From Octopus vulgaris (Eukaryota): 64,000 bases of DNA. Below are positions 13,261 through 27,350 of this stretch, piece after piece. Both the position numbers and the translations under genes were made by a program. The first letter of the stretch is position 1; each line of letters opens with the position of its first letter. Under the pieces are notes generated by a model, which made no database searches, had not been told where the DNA came from, and saw only the letters and a list, made by a program, of their open reading frames with translations. The stretch spans positions 83,948,001 to 84,012,000 of the forward strand of contig OX597821.1 in assembly GCA_951406725.2 (NCBI GenBank), in the 5' to 3' direction.

Positions 13261-14118
13261 GCAAATACGTGAGCGCACATGCGCACACAGAACTCGCGCC
13301 AGTTGGGATTGCAGCAGTCCTGCAACAAAACTGATTCTGCTGGGACATTACGACGGGAAATGAAATATAAGGGAGCTGGAGAGACCAGGGAAAAGCAGAG
13401 GAGAACTTCACCCCTTTCTTTGTCTGTCTGTCTCTCTGTCTGTCTCTGTCTCTCTCTCTCTCTCTCCTTCTCCCTCTCTTTCTTCCGGTCGGCCGTACTA
13501 TTATTACGAAATCATAATTATCATCGATACCATCTTCATCATCCTCATCAGAATAATCGCCAGGCTCATCATAATTTTTCAAGCTCATCTTAATCATCAT
13601 CATCGTCATCATCATCGTTGGTTGTACTCGAGGAGCGGAGGGAGAGTGAGGTGGCTGGGTGGGTGGGACCGTCGTGTTCGTCGTCCTTTCCGTCGTCATC
13701 ATCATCATCATCATCGTCGTCGATGTCGTTGGTAAGTGATCGACGTGGTCGTCGTTGTCATATTCGTGGTGGTGGTGGTGGTGGTGGTGGTGGTTGTGAC
13801 GGCGGACGTCGTCGTCGTCGTCGTCGTCATCATCATCATCATCACCATCATGTTCACCATCACCATCTTCATCGTCATCATTATCAGTAACATCATCAAT
13901 CGACGGCAGCGTTGTCTTTGGTCGTGGTTCTCGTCGGTGTAGTGGTGATGGTGGTGGTGGTGATGGTGGTAGTGAGGGCGATCGTCGTCATCATCGTCAG
14001 CACCATCATACCATCGTTATCATTATCTTCATCATCACCACCATCATCATCATCATCATCGTCATCATCATCATCGTCGTCATCGTCATCATCATCATCG
14101 TCATCATCATCATCGTCG

Positions 14119-14186
<68 letters not shown>

Positions 14187-14571
14187 GTCGTCGTCATCGT
14201 CGACCTAACCAACATCGTCAAAGAGCCAATAATAGAGTCCCTTCCTCTCTGCGACGTGGTCACCAGAACCTGTTAGAAATAGCAATCAAAATCTCCACCC
14301 ACGCCCCACCACCCTCAGACCACACCCAATCATCTTTTTGATACATTCAATAAATAAAACAAAATAAAATCATTATTGAATAAGTTTGCTGTCCAGAGAA
14401 CAAGCAGTAAGCCTGAAAACACGCAGACGGGAGGATCACAAATGGAATGTCTTTGATCGTAGTCAGCTGGGGAGGAGGGTGAGCGAGGGAGGAGTGGGAA
14501 AAACAATATCAACAGCAACTACAACAAAACCATGTTTCGTTTTCGTTGTTGTTGTTGTTGATGACGATGAC

Positions 14572-14610
<39 letters not shown>

Positions 14611-15249
14611 CACGACGATGCTAATGATGATGATGATGATGATGATGTTGATGATGATCATGATGACACTGGTGCAGCCGTCGTTGTTGATGTTCTTGTT
14701 CTTGTTCTTGCCGCCGCTGCTGCTGCTGAATTTGCTGATGTTGTTGTTGTTGTTGTTGTTGTTTGACCTGATCTTGGAGGGCCTACCAAAGGTCATGATT
14801 TTGATTTACGTATGTTATTTTCTCCTACAAACAAGCACAAGATCTGAAATTTAGGGAGAAGACCGGGGGTGGGGTGGGGTGGGGTGGATTAGTAGTCGAT
14901 CGCATCAACCTCACCCCCACCCGTACAAGACAGGTACTCTACTCCATCGAACCCGAAACGATGCGAGGCGAAGTTGTCCTCGGCGGAATTTTGAACACAT
15001 CTTTACCTTTCATCCTTTCGGGGGTTGACAAAACAAAACACCAGTCAAAAAGAAGGTCCCGAATGTTGCTCCCTACTCCCGACTATTCTAAAGAAAAAAA
15101 AAGTGGATAGGACACGAAGTCAGGTAATCTAGAGTATCTATGGTAAAAAATGTTCCAGCCATGACCATCCCATCTTTTTTCCTCTAAATGTCCTTTTGTC
15201 TCGGGAGAAAATGGAGTCGCGCATAAACTAATCCAGTCTGGTTTTTTAC

Positions 15250-15580
15250 ATTTCAGGTCCTCTCCAGTTTCCTCTCCAGTTTTGCGCAGGCCTGGGCTAG
15301 ATGTAAGAAAACCCTGGGTATCCCAATCGTCAAGATTACTCTCTCGACCTTGCTGACGTAGTCCAAAGAATTGCAGAGCATTACGTTTGGCACCAGCTTG
15401 GTTGCAGGAGCTGCCCGAAGAGTGTCGAGTCGAACACTAAACCACCTACGGGGCTCCACTCCAGATTTATTTGAAGGTTGTCTCCTTTCCGTAACCCTGG
15501 ATAGGGGCCCATACCGGGTACCCTCAGCCGGAGCCAGCTGAGCCCGAGACTCGTGTCAGGCAGGGTCGTCACTCCCTGAA
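15250..15580 (-). mobile_element. Probable RTE-type LINE 5' region fragment
   Basis: GC-rich non-coding block with GCAGCTCCTGCAACCAAGCTGGTGCCAAACG on the minus strand; recalled resemblance only. Confidence 0.35.
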
Positions 15581-15853
15581 GTAGTGAAGAAAATCGCTAC
15601 TCACTACCTATATCAAATGTACTATTCCTTAATTAACACAGCAAAGTTCGCTTTGAGGGGGATTTGGTTGTTATTTTGTAGCAACTCAAGAGACCACGTC
15701 CGTTGCCCTCTGTCATTGTTTAGCACTAGGTCAACATCGATAGAACAGACTTATGATCAAAGGCAATCCACCGGTGACTATCACGTAATTTTTAAGGCTA
15801 TGTAAGGTAGGATTATTACGTTATCTAACGTATCCTTTATTGAAGACTGTGGA

Positions 15854-16241
15854 TGGAAGCACTCCGTCGGTTACGACGACGAGGGTTCCGGTTGATCCGA
15901 ATCAACGGAACAGCCTGCTCGTGAAATTAACGTGTAAGTGGCTGAGCACTCCACAGACACGTGCACCCTTAACGTAGTTCTCGGGGATATTCAGCGTGAC
16001 ACAGAGAGTGACAAGGCCGGCCCTTTGAAATACAGGTACAACAGAAACAGGAAGTAAGAGCGAGAGAAAGTTGTGGTGAAAGAGTACAGCAGGGATCACC
16101 ACCATCCCCTGCCGGAGCCTCGTGGAGCTTTTTAGGTGTTTTCGCTCAATAAACACTCACAACGCCCGGTCTAGGAATCGAAACCGCGATCCTATGACCG
16201 CGAGTCAGCTGCCCTAACCACTGGGCCATTGCGCCTCCACA
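15854..16241 (-). mobile_element. SINE family C, full length
   Basis: tRNA-like head TGGCCCAGTGG...GGTTTCGATTCC; near-identical to 58811-59196. Confidence 0.9.
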
Positions 16242-16708
16242 TTGTGTTATTTGTACGGTGTTATTTGAGAGAAATTTGACGGTCGTTTTAAGACAGGATA
16301 CCACATATGGGTCACCTCGTTGGCTCCATGGTTGTGGTACTATCAGTGGTGGTAGCAGTGATTGGGATGTTGGTAGAAGTGGTGGCAGAGGTAGTAGTAT
16401 CGGTTGTGATACGTCTCGCTGTTTCGTAGTGGTACATGCGGTAGTTTAGGCTGGTGGTGGTAAGGACGCTGGTGATGGTGATAGTTATGGTTGGTAGTGG
16501 GTGCAGTGGCGGCGGCGGCGGCGGTGGTGGTGGTGGTGGTGGTGGTGACGCCTTTGCTGCTTGCAGTCTGTTGTTTTGTGGTTGTTTGGTCCATTGTCAG
16601 GCCTTGATCGTGCAAAGCAAACACCACGACCGCCACAACCACCACCGCAACCCCCAAGAAAGGGTCAAGCAGGTCGTGGCTGTTGATTAGAATAATGGAT
16701 GATGATGG

Positions 16709-16741
<33 letters not shown>

Positions 16742-17811
16742 GGAGGAGGAGGAGGAGGATAGCGAAGACGACGACAACGATGACGACGATGATGAACGGT
16801 CATGACGATGACGACGACATCATCTACGATGACGATGACAATGACGGCCGCATCAACGACGACGACGACGATAATGATGATGATGATGATGATGAGGATG
16901 ATGATGATGATGATGACCACCATCACCACCACCAGGATGACGACGAGGTTGATGCTGGTGATTATGACGATGATAACAATAACATTCCATTCGTCCTGGC
17001 CACCCCAAACTCTTTCCCATGCGTAAGGAATCCAAGACCACTTGTATCAGTCCTATCCTTTCTTTTTTAAGACGATTCTTGGGAGTTTTGACTGCTATTT
17101 CTAGCATAAGAAGTGACCGTTTAGTGGTTCTTTCATTTATTCAATGTTTGCGGTTTTGTTATTAGTGGAAGTGGGGATGGGAAGGTAATGAAAGAACGAA
17201 AGTGAAAGTAGAGGGAGAGAGAGAGAGAGAGAAAAAAGGGTAGGGGATGACACTAGCATAGAAAGCAGTATCCATGACAACACACATCACAGATAACAGC
17301 TTCCCCTATCCCTCCCCCCCACCTTCACCCCCACACGCCGTAATGGTCAGGTCGTTACGACTTGTAACAAAAAGTGGGACTGGTAGGGCAGGGTGGGAAA
17401 TCCATCGTTGTCGATGTTTGTTATTTTTGGTGTTGGTTATAGATGATGATGATGATGATGATGATGGGGGTGGGGAAAGGGTTGGGGTGGTGATGATGAT
17501 GTTGATGATGAGGTGCTGATGTGATGATGGTAGCGGTGGTGGTGGTGGTGGTCGCCGTCGTCATCGTGGTCGTGGTCGTGGATGTGGTAGTGGTGGTGGT
17601 ATTGATCACAATTGTAGTGGTGGTAGAGGTGGTGGCAATGGTTGTGACGATGCGGGTAGAGTCTGGTGGCCTTGGTGATAGTTGTTGTTGTTGTTGCTAT
17701 TGTTATAGTTGTGGTGGTGGTGGTGGTGGTGGTGGTTATGGTGGTAGAAATGGTGGCAGTGTTGCTAATAGTAGCAGTCGATGATGATAGTGGTGATGGT
17801 TTTGGTGGCAA

Positions 17812-17854
<43 letters not shown>

Positions 17855-18790
17855 TGTGGTGGTGGTGGTGGTGGTTGTGATCGATCGCTTGTACTGTTTG
17901 TTGGACGTGATGCTGTCGTTGTTATTGTTTTTTTTTAACCCTAGGTAAAGCCTTGACTCAGCCGATTTATGATCAAAGGCATTCCAGACGTGGCCATTAT
18001 AATTATTGTTGTTATTGGTTGTTACTGTTGTTGTTGTTGTTGTTCTTGTTGCTGCTGTTATTATCCAATATATCCTTCTAGCGTACAATTTGGGGCTCAT
18101 TTGACTGCTATTTCTCGCGGGTCGTGTAACCGCCTAGAGGACCCCCGATGGTGTTGATGTTGTTGCTGTCGTTGTTGCTATTGTTGTTGTTGATGATGAT
18201 GCTGATGTTTAGCCGTCTGACTGCTCCGACTGAGCAAATCTATTGTCAAAGACGCGCCAGCCGTGATCAACCCTATATAATTTCAGACAGCATGTCCCAG
18301 ACCGACCACACTATCCCATGTGTTCTTTCGGAGAGCCGAGGGACATCTGGTTGCTATTTCTCGCAAGTCGAGCGACAATATAAGACCTCGTTGTTGCTTT
18401 AACACCATGTCTCTGACTGAACACCTATGACAAAAGGCTTTCCGGACGCGACCATCCTGTCTTTTATTGTTGTGACCCCAACTGGAGCAACAATACAGAG
18501 CGGCTCCTTGTTGCTGTTGTTGTTGTTGTTGCTGCTGCTTTGACTCCATGTTGCCTCAGGATAAACGGATTTCCGGTCGTGACCATCTCGTCTTTTTTGT
18601 TCACAGCTTCTTAATTAATCTCAAACCATCCAATAAGTCCTTCGTATATTTTTTAAAACAGCATGTGCGCGTGGTGGTGGTGGTGGTGGTGGTGGGTGAT
18701 ATGGTGGAGATTTGGCTGCTATTTCTAGTAGTAGTGTTAATTGCTAGTAGTAGTAGTAATTGCTAGTAGTAGTAGTAGTTATTCTGGTCT

Positions 18791-18835
<45 letters not shown>

Positions 18836-19043
18836 CGTCGGTGGTAATAGTAGTATTAGTAGTAGTAGTAATAGTAGTTATTCTGGTCTTAGTAGTAGTA
18901 GTAGAGGTGGTGGTGGTAGTAGTAGTATTGGTAGTAGTAGTATTAGTAGTAGTGGTGGTGGTGGTGGTGATAATAGTAGTATTGGTAGTAGTAGTAGTAA
19001 TAGTAGTTATTCTGGTTTTAGTAGTAGTGGTGGTGGTGGTGGT

Positions 19044-19083
<40 letters not shown>

Positions 19084-19461
19084 CTGGTGCAGTTTGTGTT
19101 GTGGATGGTGGTGGTGATGGTTGTTATTGATGTTTATGTAATCATTATTTGCTGTTGTTGTTGTTATCATTGTTGGTAATATTGTTAACGATGTTGTTGT
19201 TGTTGTTGTTGGTTGTGTTATTGCTTATTATTGATATTTGTTGATGTTGTTGTTGTTGTCGGATAAGTTGTTGATCTGTGTTACGTGAGCGGCTGCGGTG
19301 GTGGTGGTGGTGGTGGTGGTGGTGGTGATAGTGGTGGTGGTGGTGATAGTGGTGGTGGTGGTGGTGGTAATGCAATGCTTACTAGTAATGCAGTTGTTAT
19401 TGTTGTTGTAATAGTTGATGATGATGACGATGAGAATGACGACGACGACGATGATGATGAC

Positions 19462-19518
<57 letters not shown>

Positions 19519-19612
19519 AATGATGATGACGATGACGATGATAATGATGATGACGATGACGATGATTATGATGATGACGGTGATGACGATGATGATGACA
19601 CGATGACGATGA

Positions 19613-19647
<35 letters not shown>

Positions 19648-19769
19648 ATGACACGATGATGATGATATGATACTGACGATCGTGACAGCGTTAAGCGCCA
19701 TTATTAAACAAGCGACAACGTGGTTCTGTTGTTGTTGTTGTTGTTGTTGTTGTTATTGCCGTGGTTATT

Positions 19770-19802
<33 letters not shown>

Positions 19803-20221
19803 AATTATTGCATTGTTATTCTTGTTGTTGTTGTATTTGTCGTTACTGCTGTCCATGTTTTCCTTCCAGCTTTTGTCGTTGCTATTATAATTGCAGTTGA
19901 TTGTTTTTGTTGTTGTTGTTGTTGTTGTTGTTGTCCTTGTTGTTGTTGTTGTTATACTTGTTACTGTTACTGCTATCGTTGTTGTTGTTGTTGTCGTTCC
20001 TCTTATTTCTATTATTGTTCTCGTTATTGTTGTCATTGTTGTAATATTCGTTGTTGTTTTTTTTGTTGTTGTGATTGTTATTAATGTTATTGTTGTTCTT
20101 TTTAGTATTATTGGTTTTCATTATTGTTATAGTTCGTTATTGTTGTCATTATTGTTATTACTTAGCTTATTAATTTTGTACTTTATCATCATCATCATCA
20201 TCGTCGTCGTTGTCGTCATCA

Positions 20222-20262
<41 letters not shown>

Positions 20263-20276
20263 GTTGTTGTTGTTAT

Positions 20277-20950
20277 GGCTGCGAGCTGGCAGAATCGTTA
20301 GCACACTGGACGAAATACTCAGCAGTTCTGAGTTCAAATTCCGCCGAGGTCGACTTTGTCTTTTATCCTCTCAGGGTCGATAAATTAAGTACCAGTGAAA
20401 CACTGGGGTCGATATAATCGACTGGCCCCTCCCCCAAAATTTCGGGTCTTGTGCCTACAGTAGAAAAGATTATTATCATTGTTACTATTTTTGCTGTTGT
20501 TGTAAAGGCGGCGAGCTGGCAGAATCGTTAGCAAACTTGACGAAATGCTTAGCCTTATTTTGTCCGTCGCTACGTTCTGAGTTCAAATTCCGCCGCGGTC
20601 GACTTTGCCTTTCATCCTTTCGGGATCGATAAATTAAGTACCAGTTGCGCACTGGGGTCGCAAACATATACACACATGCATACATATCTACCAAATCCAC
20701 TCACAAGGCTTTGGTCGGCCCGAGGCTCTAGTAGAAGACACTTGCCCAAGGTGCCACGAAGTGGGACTGAACCCGGAACCATGTGGTTGGTAAGCAAGCA
20801 ACTTACCACACAGCCACTCCTACGCCCATTAATATTTGCTTGGGGCCGGGGTGGGGGTCGATAAATTAAGTCCCAGTTGTGTACTGGGGTCGTTGAAAGC
20901 GACGATTCCCCTCCTCCAAAATGTCAGGCCTTGTGCCTTTAGTAAGAAGG
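20277..20950 (+). mobile_element. Two SINE B copies; the second is interrupted by an antisense SINE A head (20687-20826)
   Basis: Heads at 20277 and 20506; body resumes near 20855. Confidence 0.8.
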
Positions 20951-21102
20951 GTTTATTATTATTAGTTGCAAATTAGCTCGCTAGGTGGCGATAAACATTA
21001 TTATTATTGTTGTTGTTGTATTTGCTGTTAATTCTCGATTGTTGTTACTACTGTTGCAGTAGTTTGTTTTTATGTTTTTGTTGCTGCTGCTGCTGCTGTC
21101 AG

Positions 21103-21157
<55 letters not shown>

Positions 21158-21721
21158 GTTATTATAACTGCCTCGGTATATGGGATGAGGTCGATATCTG
21201 TCTGCAATCGGCAGGCATGTTTAAACCACGATAGACAATATGTAAACGCACACACGTGCACACACATGCAACGCACACACGCACACACATGCACACACAC
21301 ACACACACACTCACTCACACACGCACAATGTGTACAATGTACGCTCAAACGTCCAAAGAGTACACAAATGCACACACGCAAACATACACGGACTCAGGCA
21401 CAAACACACACAATACGCAAACGCACCCACATACACCACACATACACAACACATATTACATATATTCACTGCACACTCTCTACGCATGTAGAACAAATAC
21501 ACACACGGACACATGCACACACACACACACAACATACGTGCATATTAATTCACGTGCACGTACACAACCTATTCTGTGTGTACAGAGGACCCCTACCCAG
21601 TACCTGAGAACCTTTACCCGGGATCCAAGCAGTCTTGTCTACCCTGACAAAATTTCATATTTTATGTTACCCCGCAGATACGCCATTCATCCCACAGAAA
21701 TCCCATATTTTCCCTCCATAT

Positions 21722-22596
21722 AAGGCGGCGAGCTGGCAGAAACGTTAGCACGCCGGGTGAAATGCTTAGCGGTATTTCGTCTGCCGCTACGTTCTGAGTT
21801 CAAATTCCGCCGATGTCGACAAGGGCCCACAAGGGGCTAAACATAGAGGGGACAAACAAGGACAGACAAAGGGATTAAGTCTATTACATCGACTCCAGTG
21901 CGCAACTGGTACTCAATTTACCGACCCCGAAAGGATGAAAGGCAAAGTCGACCTCGGCGGAATTTCAACTCAGAACGTAACGACAGACGAAATACCTATT
22001 TCTTTACTACCCACAAGGGGCTAAACACAGAGAGGACAAACAAGGACAGACAAACGGATTAAGTCGATTACATCGACTCCAGTGTGTAACTGGTACTTAA
22101 TTTATCGACCCCGAAGGATGAAATGCAAAGTTGACCTCGGCGGAATTTGAACTCACAACGTAACGGCAGACAAAATACCTATTTCTTTACTACCCACAAG
22201 GGGCTAGACACATAGGGGACAAACAAGGACATACACACGGATTAAGTCGATTACATCGACCCCAGTGCGTAACTGGTACTTAATTTATCGACCCCGAAAG
22301 GATGAAAAGCAAAGTCGACCTCGGCGGAATTTGAACTCAGAACGTAGCGGCAGACAAAATACCTATTTCTTTATTACCCACAAGGGGCTAAACACAGAGG
22401 GGACAAACAAGGACAGGCATAGGTATTAAGTCGATTACATCGACCCCAGTGCGTAACTGGTACTTAATTTATCGACCCCGAAAGGATGAAAGGCAAAGTC
22501 GACCTCGGCGGAATTTGAACTCAGAACGTTACGCAGACGAAATACCACTAAGTGTTTCACCCGGCGTGCTAACGTTTCTGCCAGCTCGCCGCCTTA
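21722..22596 (-). repeat. SINE B (tail type 2) array: four ~183-bp bodies, one head, plus an inverted head at 21722-21820
   Basis: Junction AAATAC|CTATTTCTTT at 21995/6, 22178/9 and 22362/3. Confidence 0.9.
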
Positions 22597-22616
22597 ATAT
22601 ATATACATCGCATATT

Positions 22617-23026
22617 AAGGCAGTGAACTGGTAGAATCGTCAGTCTTTACTTTCGGAGTTCAAATTCCGCCGAGTTCGACTTTACCTTTCATCATTTCGG
22701 GGTCGATAAATTAAGTACCAGTTGCGTACTAGGGTCGATCTAATCGACTGGCCCCCTCTCACCAAATTTCAAGCCTTGTGTCTAGAGTAAAAAGGATTGC
22801 ATAACGCAATATAGGCGGCGAGCTGTTAAAATTGTTAACACGCCGGACAAAATGCTTAACGGCATTTCGTCCGTCTGCACGATCCGAGTTCAAGTTCCGC
22901 TGAAGTCGACTTTGCACTTCATCCTTTCGGAGTCGATAAATTAAGTATCAGGGAAACACTGGGGTCAATGTAATCGACTAGTCCCCTTCCGTAAAATTTC
23001 AGACCCTGTGCCTTTAGTAGAAAGTA
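22617..23026 (+). mobile_element. Two tandem SINE B copies (tail type 1)
   Basis: Heads at 22617 and 22813, each with B-box and tail. Confidence 0.85.
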
Positions 23027-23031
23027 TTCTC

Positions 23032-23215
23032 CCGTCTGATCAATAAGAGTCCGGACTGTTGCCATAGTAACGAAACTAAAGGACGCAGAGTAAAGCCGCC
23101 CGGCATAGATTGATCTTGAACTCTGCTGTGCATGTGCTCAAAGTTTTAACGTTCTAGCTCACTTTCGCTGTTTACAGCAGTGCTTTGAAGTAACGTGTGG
23201 GTAGCGTGTGATCGC
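23032..23215 (+). mobile_element. mariner-like 5' end fragment
   Basis: GTCTGATCAATAAGAGTCCGGACTG resembles a mariner TIR followed by 5' UTR. Confidence 0.45.
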
Positions 23216-23625
23216 TTGTACCAAAATTTGAAACCAATATCTTGCTCATTTTTCTATAATATATTTCCCATTGTTATTATCTACACTTCACTACATCAAG
23301 GTTGTTGTTTATTTTATATTGTGTATAATGTGGGTGTTTGGGAATGTTAGTTATTGTTGTTGTTGCTTTTCTGTGTTCGATCGCTGCTGAAGCTGAGAAG
23401 TTTAAGATGAAAATTATGCCGGTACATCCGGTTTTGTGTATTGGATTTCCTTGTAATTCGCAGATTGTTTAGTCGTGTTTTGCACTGCCTGTTTGTATTC
23501 GTGTGAATTTTGAACCGAAATGCTCCGAACAGGTCGACATTCTTATCATTTTATAAATTTCTTTTGCAAGATCGGCGCCTTCCAGTTTCTTTTGCCTTCT
23601 GTGTGCTGTTGTATGTGTCTACACC

Positions 23626-23680
<55 letters not shown>

Positions 23681-23982
23681 TTGTTTGGTCGTTGAAATCC
23701 GGCCATGCTGGGGCCACTGCCTTGAAGGGTTTAGTAAAACAAATCAACGCTAGTACATATTTTAAAGTCTGGTGCTTCTTTTATCGGTATCTTTTGCCTG
23801 ACTGTTAAGTTACGGTGACGTAAACAACCCAACACCGGTTGCCAAGCAGTGGTGGAGGACACACAACATAAAGCCACACACACATACGCAAGCATACATA
23901 CATACATACATACATACATACATACATACATACATACATACATACATACATACATACATACATACATACATACATACATACA

Positions 23983-24013
<31 letters not shown>

Positions 24014-24057
24014 CTATGCATATGCATATATGTGTATATATGTAGATGTATTCTTTT

Positions 24058-24446
24058 ATGCTTTTACTTGTTTCAGTCACTTGACTGCGGTCATGCTGGA
24101 GCACCACCTTTAGTAGAACAAATCGACTTCAGGACTTATTCTTTGTAAGCCCAGTACTTATTTTATCGGTGTCTTTTGTCGAACCGCTACGTTACGGAGA
24201 CGTAAACACTCCAGCATCGGTTGGGGAGGACAAGCGCAGACACACAAAAATATACATATTCTCTCTATATATATATATATAAACGACGGGCTTCTTTCAG
24301 TTTCCGTCTACTAAATTCGCTCACGAGGCTTTGGTGGGCTCGAGGCTATAGTAGAAGACACTTACCCAAGGTACCATGCAGTGGGATTGAACCTGGAACC
24401 ATGTGGTTGGAAAGCAAACTTCTTACCACACAGCCACGCTGTGCCT
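24058..24446 (-). mobile_element. SINE family A, full length
   Basis: Reverse complement of 3652-4069; a more degenerate partial copy lies at 23680-23890. Confidence 0.85.
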
Positions 24447-24505
24447 AATATGTATATATATATACTTGGAAATGAATACGTGACGTTCAATCATATAATG
24501 ATATA

Positions 24506-24544
<39 letters not shown>

Positions 24545-24576
24545 TATACACATACATGCATATGTATATATATGCA

Positions 24577-25026
24577 TATATGGGTACAGGGCGTCACAAA
24601 ACGTAAACAACATGAAATACGAAGGCAAACTTGAGTATGCGAACAACTATAGAAACAAATGGGAAACAAGGCAAGTAACATAAAGAACGACTCTTCATCA
24701 GTTGTCGGCTGTTCATCTACTCCACATTTCGAGCAATTAACGACAATATGAGGCTCCGGAAAGGCAGTTGCTCCACCGAACCAAAATAAAATTTGGGATT
24801 TACGTAGGGTCAAAGTTGGTAACAGAAACAGGACAGTGGAGACAAACAACAAACCCAACGAAAACAAACATGGAGGGCCGTTAGCCCCGACGAGGTAAGG
24901 TAGCGAACGCTGGAGGAATATTGTCTTTGACAAGAGAAAAGATAGAAGAAGAGACAGATAAGAATGCGTCTGGTCTGAAGAATGCGTCTCAAGGAAAAGA
25001 AAGATGGACAATGTTCACGTGTGAGC

Positions 25027-25062
<36 letters not shown>

Positions 25063-25410
25063 AAGGAGGAAGAGGGAGAGAGACAGAGAGACAGAAACGG
25101 GAAGAAAAATGAATTAGAGAAAGGATGAGAGAAAACAAATATTTGGTTTGTTGTATGTCTCCACTGTCCTGTTTTTGTTACCAGCTTTGACCCTCAGCAA
25201 ATCCCAAATTTCATTTTGGTTCGCGGGAGCAACTGTTTTTCGAAGCCTCATATTGTGTTGATTGCTCGAAATGAACAACCGACAACTGATGAAGGGTCGT
25301 TCTTTATGTTATTTGTCTTGTTTACCATTTGTTTCTCTCGTTATTCGCAAAAACAAGTTTGCCTTCGTATTCCATGTTGATTACGTTTTGTGGCGTCCTG
25401 TACCCATATG
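24577..25410. mobile_element. Fold-back element with ~275-bp inverted arms (24577-24857, 25144-25410) embedded in TA-rich microsatellite
   Basis: ATGGGTACAGGGCGTCACAAAACGTAA... versus ...TTACGTTTTGTGGCGTCCTGTACCCAT; arms colinear along their length. Confidence 0.8.
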
Positions 25411-25518
25411 TGGACCTATATATATACATACATATATATATATATGTATGTATGTATGCATGCATATATATATATATATATATATACATGTAAGTATGTA
25501 CATATATGTATGTATGTA

Positions 25519-25653
<135 letters not shown>

Positions 25654-25707
25654 AAAAAAGAAGTTTGAAAACGCCACTATATTAGATAAATTTTAATTTT
25701 CTTAGAA

Positions 25708-25752
25708 ATTTTACATGTTTCTGTTCTTGAAAAAACGAACCTTATCAAAAAT
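25708..25752 (-). ncRNA. Minimal hammerhead-ribozyme-like motif, U3-A8 variant
   Basis: AUUU-UUGAUAA-G-GUUC[loop]GAAC-A-GAAAC-AU-GUA-AAAU. Confidence 0.5.
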
Positions 25753-25959
25753 ATTTTCAAAAAGTTAAGTGTAATAGAAAAGTTCATAATTGTTTCTTAC
25801 TGGTCTCAATAGAATCGATGTGGTGGTGTTTTGTCGGTAGTAGGTATAATAGCTATAAATTTCAAGTTGAGTGTAATAAAAAAGTTCATAATTGTTCCCA
25901 CGTGGTTGTTTTTTAGCTCTCTTGTGTCCGAATGACCCGCGACTGAAATGGTAATAGCA

Positions 25960-26037
<78 letters not shown>

Positions 26038-26101
26038 TTGATTATATTATTAGTTTCGAATTTTAGGACAAAGTCAACTATTTCAGAAGTGCGGGTAAGT
26101 C

Positions 26102-26320
26102 TATTCTTTTCTACTCTAGGCACAAAGCCTGAAATTTTGGGGGAGGGGGGCCGTCGATAAGATGGACCCTAGTACGCAATTGGTACTTAATTTATCGATC
26201 CTGAAAGGATGAAAGGCAAAGTCGACCTCGGCGGAATTTGAACTCAGAACGTAGCGGCAAGCGAAATACCGCTAAGCATTTCGCCCGGCGTGCTAACGTT
26301 TCTGCCAGCTTGCAGTCTTA
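26102..26320 (-). mobile_element. SINE family B, full length
   Basis: Matches 11728-11946. Confidence 0.9.
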
Positions 26321-26422
26321 TATTTGATTATATTGTTAACATTTTTATATTATCTTAAATATATTTGAATATTTTCAACATACATTCTTATTTATTCCTC
26401 CTATTTTTATATCTTTCTCCTC

Positions 26423-26501
<79 letters not shown>

Positions 26502-26503
26502 CA

Positions 26504-26853
26504 CTCTTTTACTTGTTTCATTCGTTTGACCGCGGCCATGCTGGAGTACCGCCTTTAGTCCAACTAATCGACCCGCGGACTCATTCTTTGTAAGCATATT
26601 ACTTATTTTATTTTGTCGAACCGCTAAGTTACGGGGATGTAAACACACCAACATCGGTTGTCAAGCGATGGTGGGAGGACAAACACAGACACAAATACAT
26701 GCTATATATATATATATAAATATATGTATGTATATATATATAACGACGGACTTCTTTCAGTTTCCGTCTACCAAATCCACTCATAAGGCTTTGGTGGGCC
26801 CGAGGCTATAGTAGAAGATACTTACCCAAGGTGCCACGCAGTGGGGCTGAACC
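26504..26853 (-). mobile_element. SINE family A, truncated at the B-box
   Basis: Matches family A to GGGCTGAACC. Confidence 0.85.
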
Positions 26854-27022
26854 TGCGAGAAGGTGCAAAATAAACTACAAATTGAAAAGAAAACAGAACC
26901 AAATTGCAATTTTACTTTATATTTCTGTATTTCTGGGTGAAGACTCCTTCTTTAGGACATTCGGAAAAGAGGTGATTGGAAAAATATATATACACATATA
27001 TATCTGTGTGTGCGTATGTGTT

Positions 27023-27087
<65 letters not shown>

Positions 27088-27111
27088 GTATGCGTATGTG
27101 TGTGTGTATAT

Positions 27112-27313
27112 GTGACCTCGTCTGTATCACTAGCGATTTTCCCCCCTGTCTTCCCTTCTCGGGATCTTTCCTTCTCCTATGTTTCCGACGAAGAGCTCCG
27201 CTCGAAACGTCAAACCCTCCTTCTTCCCTTCTTTCCTGAGCGTCCAATAATACTTTATTTGTTCCACGTCCTTGCGTTGTTGTATTTTTTGTTTTTGTTT
27301 TCTTTTTGGATTA

Positions 27314-27318
<5 letters not shown>
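27112..27318 (+). mobile_element. ~205-bp Penelope-like pLTR-type repeat with hammerhead-like motif at 27181-27215
   Basis: GUUU-CCGACGA-A-GAGC-UCC-GCUC-GAAAC-GUC-AAAC; second copy inverted at 56788-56995; both flanked by TA-rich microsatellite. Confidence 0.7.

Positions 27319-27350
<32 letters not shown>

Noticed and set aside
21826-22596. CRISPR-like array
   Set aside because: No unique spacers; units are SINE bodies; eukaryotic context without cas genes.
25262-25300. Hammerhead in the 24.6-25.4 kb fold-back arms
   Set aside because: CTGATGA is present but no closing helix II and GAAA follow, and I could not build the three helices.
26925-26960. Further hammerhead remnants (also near 56360-56395, 58360-58410 and 58730-58770)
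   Set aside because: Core nucleotides missing or too decayed to call.
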